Positions 1 to 21,596 of a DNA stretch of 64,000 nucleotides are shown here, in pieces. The translations under genes and the position numbers were made by a program. Location of the stretch: the NCBI RefSeq assembly GCF_009914755.1, contig NC_060948.1. One strand, 5' to 3'. Numbering within the stretch: the first letter of the stretch is position 1; each line of letters starts with the position of its first letter. This DNA is from the human T2T-CHM13v2.0 reference genome, Homo sapiens. Under the pieces are notes generated by a model. It ran no database searches and was not told where the DNA came from. It worked only from the letters and a program-made list of their open reading frames with translations.

Positions 1-391
1 AGTTGGCATTTGAAAGGCCAGTATGAATATACCTTCAAAGCAGCAACACAGGTTCCCCATGAGAAAAAGCAAACACAGGGAAAATAAAAACACAAAGGTT
101 CAATCTCTTCTGACCTTTGAAAGACACAGCACAGACAGTGGTCCTTAGGACGAAGAGCAGGAGACCCCTAATTCCGTCACCATGGCGATAGGGCATAAAC
201 ATTGCTGGGTGAGGGCACAATCCACATTGTGAGGTCCAACTGCTGCCAGGAAGACAGGAGTGCTTTTACATAGACCGAAAGGTCATTGAAGGCTCAGAGT
301 TTTGTTTCAAGAACTGAATCCCAAGCCCACACGTTATTAGGCTGCGCTTCTTAAAACAAGTTATGAGATGGGAAAAAGGGCACCCACAAAC
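1..391. repeat. HSATI segment of DYZ2 unit (partial, cut by window start)
   Basis: Moderately GC-rich complex sequence ending at cacccacaaac, just before the AT-rich block; same sequence as 2420-2810. Confidence 0.75.
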
Positions 392-2241
<1,850 letters not shown>

Positions 2242-2810
2242 AGATCCATATTTTTTAAATGAAAAAAAATTTCAAAGGTACTCTGCTTGGTACAATAATC
2301 AAATGTATAAACTGAGGAATAAAACATAACCATGAAACCTACTTATAACTGCATATGGAAAATACAGAGGATAATTTTTTAAATAACATATTTTGAAAGC
2401 CTTAACTAGTAATTTGAAGAGTTGGCATTTGAAAGGCCAGTATGAATATACCTTCAAAGCAGCAACACAGGTTCCCCATGAGAAAAAGCAAACACAGGGA
2501 AAATAAAAACACAAAGGTTCAATCTCTTCTGACCTTTGAAAGACACAGCACAGACAGTGGTCCTTAGGACGAAGAGCAGGAGACCCCTAATTCCGTCACC
2601 ATGGCGATAGGGCATAAACATTGCTGGGTGAGGGCACAATCCACATTGTGAGGTCCAACTGCTGCCAGGAAGACAGGAGTGCTTTTACATAGACCGAAAG
2701 GTCATTGAAGGCTCAGAGTTTTGTTTCAAGAACTGAATCCCAAGCCCACACGTTATTAGGCTGCGCTTCTTAAAACAAGTTATGAGATGGGAAAAAGGGC
2801 ACCCACAAAC
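2242..2810. repeat. HSATI segment of DYZ2 unit (representative full copy, ~570 bp; follows each Alu)
   Basis: Runs from the Alu truncation point (agatccatatt) to the start of the AT-rich block. Position and length fit the HSATI component of DYZ2; boundaries approximate. Confidence 0.75.
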
Positions 2811-4345
2811 ATACGTATACATTATGTATATAATAATATACAGTGTCATATATATAATATATATAACCTATGTATAATATTGTTTTACATCCTGCATCTT
2901 ATGTTATATATATTGTATAAAATATAATAATTGATAATATATAACTTTTATAATTATACAATATGACATATAGTATATATTATAATTTATGACATATATA
3001 ATATATGTTATATATCATATACAGAATATATTATACGGTTAATATACGTATTAAATATAAATTATACATTATATATATTATATATAATATATCTGTTAAA
3101 TATATTACCCATTATGCATAATATATATATTATGTCTATGTTATATATAGTATAAAACAACATATAATAATATATAATTGTATATATAAATGCGACATAT
3201 AATATATATTATATTTTATAACATATGTAATATATATTATATATTGTATATAATACGTTGTATGTATAATACCTATATTAAATATATAATATATGACTAT
3301 GTTATTAATTACATGTCACATGTGTTATATATTATATATTTTACATAGAATATACCGGTTACATACAATATATACCATGTTACCTATAATGTATAATTTA
3401 TTACATGTAAAATAAAGAATGCAATATATTATGTATAATTTATAATATACAATATGTGGAATGTGATATATATAACATATAATATATGATATATGATATA
3501 CAGTATATGATATATAACATACAATATATGATTCCTAATATATATGGTATACAATATATATTTTATGATATGTATTCTATATGTTTTATATTCTGTTATA
3601 TATAACTATTTGAAATTATATATAACTGTATAATATTTTATGTAAATATGTAATATAATATATATAACTATATAATATATTATATATAACTATATATTAT
3701 GTTATATATACTTTTATAACATAATTTACATAAAATATCATAATATAATATATATTATATTATTTCATATTACATAATATATATTACATATCACCCAATA
3801 TAACTAACATACATAATATTATAATATAGATTATATTATGTTATATTAAATATCATATATATCATGTATCATATATTCTATAATATATATTACACATTAT
3901 ATAATATGTATGTTGTCTATTATGTGATATATATAACTATATATATAATTAAATTTTTATACATATAACTAGATAAACATGTAATTCTACATATTTTCAT
4001 TTATAATATGTAGAAGTATATAATCATATATAATTATTTATATTCTATAAAAAATTTTATCATTATATAAATTATAATATATAAAAATTATAATATGTAC
4101 TACAAATATATATATTATATATCATATATGATATAGTACCTTTGTTATATATCATAATACATATAAATGTGTATTATGTTATCTATAATTATATAATTTC
4201 ATATATAAGATGTATAATATGTATCCTATATTATATATGTTATGTAATATATATAGTATATATAAGATGACACAGGATAAATATTATATACTATGACATA
4301 TAAAATATATGAGGTTATATGTTACATATAAGGCATAGCACATAA

Positions 4346-4660
<315 letters not shown>

Positions 4661-6764
4661 AGATCCATATTTTTTAAATGAAAAAAAATTTCAAAGGTAC
4701 TCTGCTTGGTACAATAATCAAATGTATAAACTGAGGAATAAAACATAACCATGAAACCTACTTATAACTGCATATGGAAAATACAGAGGATAATTTTTTA
4801 AATAACATATTTTGAAAGCCTTAACTAGTAATTTGAAGAGTTGGCATTTGAAAGGCCAGTATGAATATACCTTCAAAGCAGCAACACAGGTTCCCCATGA
4901 GAAAAAGCAAACACAGGGAAAATAAAAACACAAAGGTTCAATCTCTTCTGACCTTTGAAAGACACAGCACAGACAGTGGTCCTTAGGACGAAGAGCAGGA
5001 GACCCCTAATTCCGTCACCATGGCGATAGGGCATAAACATTGCTGGGTGAGGGCACAATCCACATTGTGAGGTCCAACTGCTGCCAGGAAGACAGGAGTG
5101 CTTTTACATAGACCGAAAGGTCATTGAAGGCTCAGAGTTTTGTTTCAAGAACTGAATCCCAAGCCCACACGTTATTAGGCTGCGCTTCTTAAAACAAGTT
5201 ATGAGATGGGAAAAAGGGCACCCACAAACATACGTATACATTATGTATATAATAATATACAGTGTCATATATATAATATATATAACCTATGTATAATATT
5301 GTTTTACATCCTGCATCTTATGTTATATATATTGTATAAAATATAATAATTGATAATATATAACTTTTATAATTATACAATATGACATATAGTATATATT
5401 ATAATTTATGACATATATAATATATGTTATATATCATATACAGAATATATTATACGGTTAATATACGTATTAAATATAAATTATACATTATATATATTAT
5501 ATATAATATATCTGTTAAATATATTACCCATTATGCATAATATATATATTATGTCTATGTTATATATAGTATAAAACAACATATAATAATATATAATTGT
5601 ATATATAAATGCGACATATAATATATATTATATTTTATAACATATGTAATATATATTATATATTGTATATAATACGTTGTATGTATAATACCTATATTAA
5701 ATATATAATATATGACTATGTTATTAATTACATGTCACATGTGTTATATATTATATATTTTACATAGAATATACCGGTTACATACAATATATACCATGTT
5801 ACCTATAATGTATAATTTATTACATGTAAAATAAAGAATGCAATATATTATGTATAATTTATAATATACAATATGTGGAATGTGATATATATAACATATA
5901 ATATATGATATATGATATACAGTATATGATATATAACATACAATATATGATTCCTAATATATATGGTATACAATATATATTTTATGATATGTATTCTATA
6001 TGTTTTATATTCTGTTATATATAACTATTTGAAATTATATATAACTGTATAATATTTTATGTAAATATGTAATATAATATATATAACTATATAATATATT
6101 ATATATAACTATATATTATGTTATATATACTTTTATAACATAATTTACATAAAATATCATAATATAATATATATTATATTATTTCATATTACATAATATA
6201 TATTACATATCACCCAATATAACTAACATACATAATATTATAATATAGATTATATTGTGTTATATTAAATATCATATATATCATGTATCATATATTCTAT
6301 AATATATATTACACATTATATAATATGTATGTTGTCTATTATGTGATATATATAACTATATATATAATTATATTTTTATACATATAACTAGATAAACATG
6401 TAATTCTACATATTTTCATTTATAATATGTAGAATTATATAATCATATATAATTACTTATATTCCATAAAAAATTATATCATTATATAAAATATAATATA
6501 TAAAAATTATAATATGTACTACAAATATATATATTATATATCATATATGATATAGTACCTTTGTTATATATCATAATACATATAAATGTGTATTATGTTA
6601 TCTGTAATTATATAATTTCATATATAAGATGTATAATATGTATCATATATTATATATGTTATGTAATATATATAGTATATATAAGATGACACAGGATAAA
6701 TATTATATACTATGACATATAAAATATATGAGGTTATATGTTACATATAAGGCATAGCACATAA

Positions 6765-7079
<315 letters not shown>

Positions 7080-9184
7080 AGATCCATATTTTTTAAATGA
7101 AAAAAAATTTCAAAGTTACTCTGCTTGGTACAATAATCAAATGTATAAACTGAGGAATAAAACATAACCATGAAACCTACTTATAACTGCATATGGAAAA
7201 TACAGAGGATAATTTTTTAAATAACATATTTTGAAAGCCTTAACTAGTAATTTGAAGAGTTGGCATTTGAAAGGCCAGTATGAATATACCTTCAATGCAG
7301 CAACACAGGTTCCCCATGAGAAAAAGCAAACACAGGGAAAATAAAAACACAAAGGTTCAATCTCTTCTGACCTTTGAAAGACACAGCACAGACAGTGGTA
7401 CTTAGGACGAAGAGCAGGAGACCCCTAATTCCGTCACCATGGCGATAGTGCATAAACATTGCTGGGTGAGGGCACAATCCACATTGTGAGGTCCAACTGC
7501 TGCCAGGAAGACAGGAGTGCTTTTACATAGACCGAAAGGTCATTGAAGGCTCAGAGTTTTGTTTCAAGAACTGAATCCCAAGCCCACACGTTATTAGGCT
7601 GCGCTTCTTAAAACAAGTTATGGGATGGGAAAAAGGGCACCCACAAACATACGTATACATTATGTATATAATAATATACAGTGTCATATATATAATATAT
7701 ATAACCTATGTATAATATTGTTTTACATCCTGCATCTTATGTTATATATATTGTATAAAATATAATAATTGATAATATATAACTTTTATAATTATACAAT
7801 ATGACATATACTATATATTATAATTTATGACATATATAATATATGTTATATATCATATACAGAATATATTATACGGTTAATATACGTATTAAATATAAAT
7901 TATACATTATATATATTATATATAATATATCTGTTATATATAATACCCGTTATGCATAATATATATATTATGTCTATGTTATATATAGTATAAAACAACA
8001 TATAATAATATATAATTGTATATATAAAATGCGACATATAATATATATTATATTTTATAACATATGTAATATATATTATATATTATATATAATACGTTGT
8101 ATGTATAATACCTATATTAAATATATATTATATGACTATGTTATTAATTACATGTCACATGTGTTATATATTATATATTTTACATAGAATATACCGGTTA
8201 CATACAATATATACCATGTTACCTGTAATGTATAATTTATTACATGTAAAATAAAGAATGCAATATATTATGTATAATTTATAATATACAATATGTGGAA
8301 TGTGATATATATAACATATAATATATGATATATGATATACAGTATATGATATATAACATACAATATATGATTCCTAATATATATGGTATACAATATATAT
8401 TTTATGATATGTATTCTGTATGTTTTATATTCTGTTATATATAACTATTTGAAATTATATATAACTGTATAATATTTTATGTAAATATGTAATATAATAT
8501 ATATAACTATATAATATATTATATATAACTATATATTATGTTATATATACTTTTATAACATAATTTACATAAAATATCATAATATAATATATATTATATT
8601 ATTTCATATTACATAATATATATTACATATCACCCAATATAACTAACATACATAATATTATAATATAGATTATATTATGTTATATTAAATATCATATATA
8701 TCATGTATCATATATTCTATAATATATATTACACATTATATAATATGTATGTTGTCTATTATGTGATATATATAACTATATATATAATTATATTTTTATA
8801 CATATAACTATATAAACATGTAATTCTACATATTTTCATTTATAATATGTAGAAGTATATAATCATATATAATTATTTATATTCTATAAAAAATTTTATC
8901 ATTATACAAATTATAATATATAAAAATTATAATATGTACTACAAATATATATATTATATATCATATATGATATAGTACCTTTGTTATATATCATAATACA
9001 TATAAATGTGTATTATGTTATCTATAATTATATAATTTCATATAAAAGATGTATAATATGTATCATATATTATATATGTTATGTAATATATATAGTATAT
9101 ATAAGATGACACAGGATAAATATTATATACTATGACATATAAAATATATGAGGTTATATGTTACATATAAGGCATAGCACATAA

Positions 9185-9499
<315 letters not shown>

Positions 9500-11605
9500 A
9501 GATCCATATTTTTTAAATGAAAAAAAATTTCAAAGGTACTCTGCTTGGTACAATAATCAAATGTATAAACTGAGGAATAAAACATAACCATGAAACCTAC
9601 TTATAACTGCATATGGAAAATACAGAGGATAATTTTTTAAATAACATATTTTGAAAGCCTTAACTAGTAATTTGAAGAGTTGGCATTTGAAAGGCCAGTA
9701 TGAATATACCTTCAAAGCAGCAACACAGGTTCCCCATGAGAAAAAGCAAACACAGGGAAAATAAAAACACAAAGGTTCAATCTCTTCTGACCTTTGAAAG
9801 ACACAGCACAGACAGTGGTCCTTAGGACGAAGAGCAGGAGACCCCTAATTCCGTCACCATGGCGATAGGGCATAAACATTGCTGGGTGAGGGCACAATCC
9901 ACATTGTGAGGTCCAACTGCTGCCAGGAAGACAGGAGTGCTTTTACATAGACCGAAAGGTCATTGAAGGCTCAGAGTCTTGTTTCAAGAACTGAATCCCA
10001 AGCCCACACGTTATTAGGCTGCGCTTCTTAAAACAAGTTATGAGATGGGAAAAAGGGCACCCACAAACATACGTATACATTATGTATATAATAATATAGA
10101 GTGTCATATATATAATATATATAACCTATGTATAATATTGTTTTTACATCCTGCATCTTATGTTATATATATTGTATAAAATATAATAATTGATAATATA
10201 TAAGTTTTATAATTATACAATATGACATATAGTATATATTATAATTTATGACATATATAATATATGTTATATATCATATACAGAATATATTATACGGTTA
10301 ATATACGTATTAAATATAAATTATACATTATATATATTATATATAATATATCTGTTATATATAATACCCGTTATGCATAATATATATATTATGTCTATGT
10401 TATATATAGTATAAAACAACATATAATAATATATAATTGTATATATAAAATGCGACATATAATATATATTATATTTTATGACATATATAATATATATTAT
10501 ATATTATATATAATACGTTGTATGTATAATACCTATATTAAATATATATTATATGACTATGTTATTAATTACATGTCACATGTGTTATATATTATATATT
10601 TTACATAGAATATACCGGTTACATACAATATATACCATGTTACCTATAATGTATAATTTATTACATGTAAAATAAAGAATGCAATATATTATGTATAATT
10701 TATAATATACAATATGTGGAATGTCATATATATAACATATAATATATGATATATGATATACAGTATATGATATATAACATACAATATATGATTCCTAATA
10801 TATATGGTATACAATATATATTTTATGATATGTATTCTATATGTTTTATATTCTGTTATATATAACTATTTGAAATTATATATAACTGTATAATATTTTA
10901 TGTAAATATGTAATATAATATATATAACTATATAATATATTATATATAACTATATATTATGTTATATATACTTTTATAACATAATTTACATAAAATATCA
11001 TAATATAATATATATTATATTATTTCATATTACATAATATATATTACATATCACCCAATATAACTAACATACATAATATTATAATATAGATTATATTGTG
11101 TTATATTAAATATCATATATATCATGTATCATATATTCTATAATATATATTACACATTATATAATATGTATGTTGTCTATTATGTGATATATATAACTAT
11201 ATATATAATTATATTTTTATACATATAACTAGATAAACATGTAATTCTACATATTTTCATTTATAATATGTAGAAGTATATAATCATATATAATTATTTA
11301 TATTCTATAAAAAATTTTATCATTATATAAATTATAATATATAAAAATTATAATATATACTACAAATATATATATTATATATCATATATGATATAGTACC
11401 TTTGTTATATATCATAATACATATAAATGTGTATTATGTTATCTATAATTATATAATTTCATATATAAGATGTATAATATGTATCATATATTATATATGT
11501 TATGTAATATATATAGTATATATAAGATGACACAGGATAAATATTATATACTATGACATATAAAATATATGAGGTTATATGTTACATATAAGGCATAGCA
11601 CATAA

Positions 11606-11920
<315 letters not shown>

Positions 11921-14024
11921 AGATCCATATTTTTTAAATGAAAAAAAATTTCAAAGGTACTCTGCTTGGTACAATAATCAAATGTATAAACTGAGGAATA
12001 AAACATAACCATGAAACCTACTTATAACTGCATATGGATAATACAGAGGATAATTTTTTAAATAACATATTTTGAAAGCCTTAACTAGTAATTTGAAGAG
12101 TTGGCATTTGAAAGGCCAGTATGAATATACCTTCAAAGCAGCAACACAGGTTCCCCATGAGAAAAAGCAAACACAGGGAAAATAAAAACACAAAGGTTCA
12201 ATCTCTTCTGACCTTTGAAAGACACAGCACAGACAGTGGTCCTTAGGACGAAGAGCAGGAGACCCCTAATTCCGTCACCATGGCGATAGGGCAAAAACAT
12301 TGCTGGGTGAGGGCACAATCCACATTGTGAGGTCCAACTGCTGCCAGGAAGACAGGAGTGCTTTTACATAGACCGAAAGGTCATTGAAGGCTCAGAGTTT
12401 TGTTTCAAGAACTGAATCCCAAGCCCACACGTTATTAGGCTGCGCTTCTTAAAACAAGTTATGAGATGGGAAAAAGGGCACCCACAAACATACGTATACA
12501 TTATGTATATAATAATATACAGTGTCATATATATAATATATATAACCTATGTATAATATTGTTTTACATCCTGCATCTTATGTTATATATATTGTATAAA
12601 ATATAATAATTGATAATATATAACTTTTATAATTATACAATATGACATATAGTATATATTATAATTTATGACATATATAATATATGTTATATATCATATA
12701 CAGAATATATTATACGGTTAATATACGTATTAAATATAAATTATACATTATATATATTATATATTATATATCTGTTATATATAATACCCATTATGCATAA
12801 TATATATATTATGTCTATGTTATATATAGTATAAAACAACATATAATAATATATAATTGTATATATAAATGCGACATATAATATATATTATATTTTATGA
12901 CATATGTAATATATATTATATATTATATATAATACGTTGTATGTATAATACCTATATTAAATATATATTATATGACTATGTTATTAATTACATGTCACAT
13001 GTGTTATATATTATATATTTTACATAGAATATACCGGTTACATACAATATATACCATGTTACCTATAATGTATAATTTATTACATGTAAAATAAAGAATG
13101 CAATATATTATGTATAATTTATAATATACAATATGTGGAATGTGATATATATAACATATATTATATGATATATGATATACAGTATATGATATATAACATA
13201 CAATATATGATTCCTAATATATATGGTATACAATATATATTTTATGATATGTATTCTATATGTTTTATATTCTGTTATATATAACTATTTGAAATTATAT
13301 ATAACTGTATAATATTTTATGTAAATATGTAATATAATATATATAACTATATCATATATTATATATAACTATATATTATGTTATATATACTTTTATAACA
13401 TAATTTACATAAAATATCATAATATAATATATATTATATTATTTCATATTACATAATATATATTACATATCACCCAATATAACTAACATACATAATATTA
13501 TAATATAGATTATATTGTGTTATATTAAATATCATATATATCATGTATCATATATTCTATAATATATATTACACATTATATAATATGTATGTTGTCTATT
13601 ATGTGATATATATAACTATATATATAATTATATTTTTATACATATAACTAGATAAACATGTAATTCTACATATTTTCATTTATAATATGTAGAATTATAT
13701 AATCATATATAATTATTTATATTCTATAAAAAATTTTATCATTATATAAATTATAATATATAAAAATTATAATATGTACTACAAATATATATATTATATA
13801 TCATATATGATATAGTACCTTTGTTATATATCATAATACATATAAATGTGTATTATGTTATCTATAATTATATAATTTCATATATAAGATGTATAATATG
13901 TATCATATATTATATATGTTATGTAATATATATAGTATATATAAGATGACACAGGATAAATATTATATACTATGACATATAAAATATATGAGGTTATATG
14001 TTACATATAAGGCATAGCACATAA

Positions 14025-14339
<315 letters not shown>

Positions 14340-16443
14340 AGATCCATATTTTTTAAATGAAAAAAAATTTCAAAGGTACTCTGCTTGGTACAATAATCAA
14401 ATGTATAAACTGAGGAATAAAACATAACCATGAAACCTACTTATAACTGCATATGGAAAATACAGAGGATAATTTTTTAAATAACATATTTTGAAAGCCT
14501 TAACTAGTAATTTGAAGAGTTGGCATTTGAAAGGCCAGTATGAATATACCTTCAAAGCAGCAACACAGGTTCCCCATGAGAAAAAGCAAACACAGGGAAA
14601 ATAAAAACACAAAGGTTCAATCTCTTCTGACCTTTGAAAGACACAGCACAGACAGTGGTCCTTAGGACGAAGAGCAGGAGACCCCTAATTCCGTCACCAT
14701 GGCGATAGGGCATAAACATTGCTGGGTGAGGGCACAATCCACATTGTGAGGTCCAACTGCTGCCAGGAAGACAGGAGTGCTTTTACATAGACCGAAAGGT
14801 CATTGAAGGCTCAGAGTTTTGTTTCAAGAACTGAATCCCAAGCCCACACGTTATTAGGCTGCGCTTCTTAAAACAAGTTATGAGATGGGAAAAAGGGCAC
14901 CCACAAACATACGTATACATTATGTATATAATAATATACAGTGTCATATATATAATATATATAACCTATGTATAATATTGTTTTACATCCTGCATCTTAT
15001 GTTATATATATTGTATAAAATATAATAATTGATAATATATAACTTTTATAATTATACAATATGACATATAGTATATATTATAATTTATGACATATATAAT
15101 ATATGTTATATATCATATACAGAATATATTATACGGTTAATATACGTATTAAATATAAATTATACATTATATATATTATATATAATATATCTGTTAAATA
15201 TATTACCCATTATGCATAATATATATATTATGTCTATGTTATATATAGTATAAAACAACATATAATAATATATAATTGTATATATAAATGCGACATATAA
15301 TATATATTATATTTTATAACATATGTAATATATATTATATATTGTATATAATACGTTGTATGTATAATACCTATATTAAATATATAATATATGACTATGT
15401 TATTAATTACATGTCACATGTGTTATATATTATATATTTTACATAGAATATACCGGTTACATACAATATATACCATGTTACCTATAATGTATAATTTATT
15501 ACATGTAAAATAAAGAATGCAATATATTATGTATAATTTATAATATACAATATGTGGAATGTGATATATATAACATATAATATATGATATATGATATACA
15601 GTATATGATATATAACATACAATATATGATTCCTAATATATATGGTATACAATATATATTTTATGATATGTATTCTATATGTTTTATATTCTGTTATATA
15701 TAACTATTTGAAATTATATATAACTGTATAATATTTTATGTAAATATGTAATATAATATATATAACTATATAATATATTATATATAACTATATATTATGT
15801 TATATATACTTTTATAACATAATTTACATAAAATATCATAATATAATATATATTATATTATTTCATATTACATAATATATATTACATATCACCCAATATA
15901 ACTAACATACATAATATTATAATATAGATTATATTATGTTATATTAAATATCATATATATCATGTATCATATATTCTATAATATATATTACACATTATAT
16001 AATATGTATGTTGTCTATTATGTGATATATATAACTATATATATAATTAAATTTTTATACATATAACTAGATAAACATGTAATTCTACATATTTTCATTT
16101 ATAATATGTAGAAGTATATAATCATATATAATTATTTATATTCTATAAAAAATTTTATCATTATATAAATTATAATATATAAAAATTATAATATGTACTA
16201 CAAATATATATATTATATATCATATATGATATAGTACCTTTGTTATATATCATAATACATATAAATGTGTATTATGTTATCTATAATTATATAATTTCAT
16301 ATATAAGATGTATAATATGTATCCTATATTATATATGTTATGTAATATATATAGTATATATAAGATGACACAGGATAAATATTATATACTATGACATATA
16401 AAATATATGAGGTTATATGTTACATATAAGGCATAGCACATAA

Positions 16444-16758
<315 letters not shown>

Positions 16759-18862
16759 AGATCCATATTTTTTAAATGAAAAAAAATTTCAAAGGTACTC
16801 TGCTTGGTACAATAATCAAATGTATAAACTGAGGAATAAAACATAACCATGAAACCTACTTATAACTGCATATGGAAAATACAGAGGATAATTTTTTAAA
16901 TAACATATTTTGAAAGCCTTAACTAGTAATTTGAAGAGTTGGCATTTGAAAGGCCAGTATGAATATACCTTCAAAGCAGCAACACAGGTTCCCCATGAGA
17001 AAAGGCAAACACAGGGAAAATAAAAACACAAAGGTTCAATCTCTTCTGACCTTTGAAAGACACAGCACAGACAGTGGTCCTTAGGACGAAGAGCAGGAGA
17101 CCCCTAATTCCGTCACCATGGCGATAGGGCATAAACATTGCTGGGTGAGGGCACAATCCACATTGTGAGGTCCAACTGCTGCCAGGAAGACAGGAGTGCT
17201 TTTACATAGACCGAAAGGTCATTGAAGGCTCAGAGTTTTGTTTCAAGAACTGAATCCCAAGCCCACACGTTATTAGGCTGCGCTTCTTAAAACAAGTTAT
17301 GAGATGGGAAAAAGGGCACCCACAAACATACGTATACATTATGTATATAATAATATACAGTGTCATATATATAATATATATAACCTATGTATAATATTGT
17401 TTTACATCCTGCATCTTATGTTATATATATTGTATAAAATATAATAATTGATAATATATAACTTTTATAATTATACAATATGACATATAGTATATATTAT
17501 AATTTATGACATATATAATATATGTTATATATCATATACAGAATATATTATACGGTTAATATACGTATTAAATATAAATTATACATTATATATATTATAT
17601 ATAATATATCTGTTAAATATATTACCCATTATGCATAATATATATATTATGTCTATGTTATATATAGTATAAAACAACATATAATAATATATAATTGTAT
17701 ATATAAATGCGACATATAATATATATTATATTTTATAACATATGTAATATATATTATATATTGTATATAATACGTTGTATGTATAATACCTATATTAAAT
17801 ATATAATATATGACTATGTTATTAATTACATGTCACATGTGTTATATATTATATATTTTACATAGAATATACCGGTTACATACAATATATACCATGTTAC
17901 CTATAATGTATAATTTATTACATGTAAAATAAAGAATGCAATATATTATGTATAATTTATAATATACAATATGTGGAATGTGATATATATAACATATATT
18001 ATATGATATATGATATACAGTATATGATATATAACATACAATATATGATTCCTAATATATATGGTATACAATATATATTTTATGATATGTATTCTATATG
18101 TTTTATATTCTGTTATATATAACTATTTGAAATTATATATAACTGTATAATATTTTATGTAAATATGTAATATAATATATATAACTATATAATATATTAT
18201 ATATAACTATATATTATGTTATATATACTTTTATAACATAATTTACATAAAATATCATAATATAATATATATTATATTATTTCATATTACATAATATATA
18301 TTACATATCACCCAATATAACTAACATACATAATATTATAATATAGATTATATTATGTTATATTAAATATCATATATATCATGTATCATATATTCTATAA
18401 TATATATTACACATTATATAATATGTATGTTGTCTATTATGTGATATATATAACTATATATATAATTAAATTTTTATACATATAACTAGATAAACATGTA
18501 ATTCTACATATTTTCATTTATAATATGTAGAAGTATATAATCATATATAATTATTTATATTCTATAAAAAATTTTATCATTATATAAATTATAATATATA
18601 AAAATTATAATATGTACTACAAATATATATATTATATATCATATATGATATAGTACCTTTGTTATATATCATAATACATATAAATGTGTATTATGTTATC
18701 TATAATTATATAATTTCATATATAAGATGTATAATATGTATCCTATATTATATATGTTATGTAATATATATAGTATATATAAGATGACACAGGATAAATA
18801 TTATATACTATGACATATAAAATATATGAGGTTATATGTTACATATAAGGCATAGCACATAA

Positions 18863-19177
<315 letters not shown>

Positions 19178-21281
19178 AGATCCATATTTTTTAAATGAAA
19201 AAAAATTTCAAAGGTACTCTGCTTGGTACAATAATCAAATGTATAAACTGAGGAATAAAACATAACCATGAAACCTACTTATAACTGCATATGGAAAATA
19301 CAGAGGATAATTTTTTAAATAACATATTTTGAAAGCCTTAACTAGTAATTTGAAGAGTTGGCATTTGAAAGGCCAGTATGAATATACCTTCAAAGCAGCA
19401 ACACAGGTTCCCCATGAGAAAAGGCAAACACAGGGAAAATAAAAACACAAAGGTTCAATCTCTTCTGACCTTTGAAAGACACAGCACAGACAGTGGTCCT
19501 TAGGACGAAGAGCAGGAGACCCCTAATTCCGTCACCATGGCGATAGGGCATAAACATTGCTGGGTGAGGGCACAATCCACATTGTGAGGTCCAACTGCTG
19601 CCAGGAAGACAGGAGTGCTTTTACATAGACCAAAAGGTCATTGAAGGCTCAGAGTTTTGTTTCAAGAACTGAATCCCAAGCCCACACGTTATTAGGCTGC
19701 GTTTCTTAAAACAAGTTATGAGATGGGAAAAAGGGCACCCACAAACATACGTATACATTATGTATATAATAATATACAGTGTCATATATATAATATATAT
19801 AACCTATGTATAATATTGTTTTACATCCTGCATCTTATGTTATATATATTGTATAAAATATAATAATTGATAATATATAACTTTTATAATTATACAATAT
19901 GACATATAGTATATATTATAATTTATGACATATATAATATATGTTATATATCATATACAGAATATATTATACGGTTAATATACGTATTAAATATAAATTA
20001 TACATTATATATATTATATATAATATATCTGTTATATATAATACCCATTATGCATAATATATATATTATGTCTATGTTATATATAGTATAAAACAACATA
20101 TAATAATATATAATTGTATATATAAATGCGACATATAATATATATTATATTTTATGACATATGTAATATATATTATATATTATATATAATACGTTGTATG
20201 TATAATACCTATATTAAATATATATTATATGACTATGTTATTAATTACATGTCACATGTGTTATATATTATATATTTTACATAGAATATACCGGTTACAT
20301 ACAATATATACCATGTTACCTATAATGTATAATTTATTACATGTAAAATAAAGAATGCAATATATTATGTATAATTTATAATATACAATATGTGGAATGT
20401 GATATATATAATATATAATATATGATATATGATATACAGTATATGATATATAACATACAATATATGATTCCTAATATATATGGTATACAATATATATTTT
20501 ATGATATGTATTCTATATGTTTTATATTCTGTTATATATAACTATTTGAAATTATATATAACTGTATAATATTTTATGTAAATATGTAATATAATATATA
20601 TAACTATATAATATATTATATATAACTATATATTATGTTATATATACTTTTATAACATAATTTACATAAAATATCATAATATAATATATATTATATTATT
20701 TCATATTACATAATATATATTACATATCACCCAATATAACTAACATACATAATATTATAATATAGATTATATTATGTTATATTAAATATCATATATATCA
20801 TGTATCATATATTCTATAATATATATTACACATTATATAATATGTATGTTGTCTATTATGTGATATATATAACTATATATATAATTATATTTTTATACAT
20901 ATAACTAGATAAACATGTAATTCTACATATTTTCATTTATAATATGTAGAAGTATATAATCATATATAATTATTTATATTCTATAAAAAATTTTATCATT
21001 ATATAAATTATAATATATAAAAATTATAATATATACTACAAATATATATATTATATATCATATATGATATAGTACCTTTGTTATATATCATAATACATAT
21101 AAATGTGTATTATGTTATCTATAATTATATAATTTCATATATAAGATGTATAATATGTATCATATATTATATATGTTATGTAATATATATAGTATATATA
21201 AGATGACACAGGATAAATATTATATACTATGACATATAAAATATATGAGGTTATATGTTACATATAAGGCATAGCACATAA

Positions 21282-21596
<315 letters not shown>

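Noticed and set aside
35-220. 61-aa minus-strand ORF (MCPHPAMF...) intact in all 27 units
   Set aside because: Short, with no recognisable domain, promoter or splice context. Its persistence is expected from ~98-99% unit identity, and several observed variants are non-synonymous (M>L, V>E, V>G, H>L), giving no sign of purifying selection.
2299-2514. 71-aa hydrophobic minus-strand ORF (MCFYFPCV...)
   Set aside because: The F/L/Y/K-rich composition reflects AT-rich DNA. It is broken by a stop in eight consecutive units (aaactcaggg allele) and by a 1-bp deletion near 62860.
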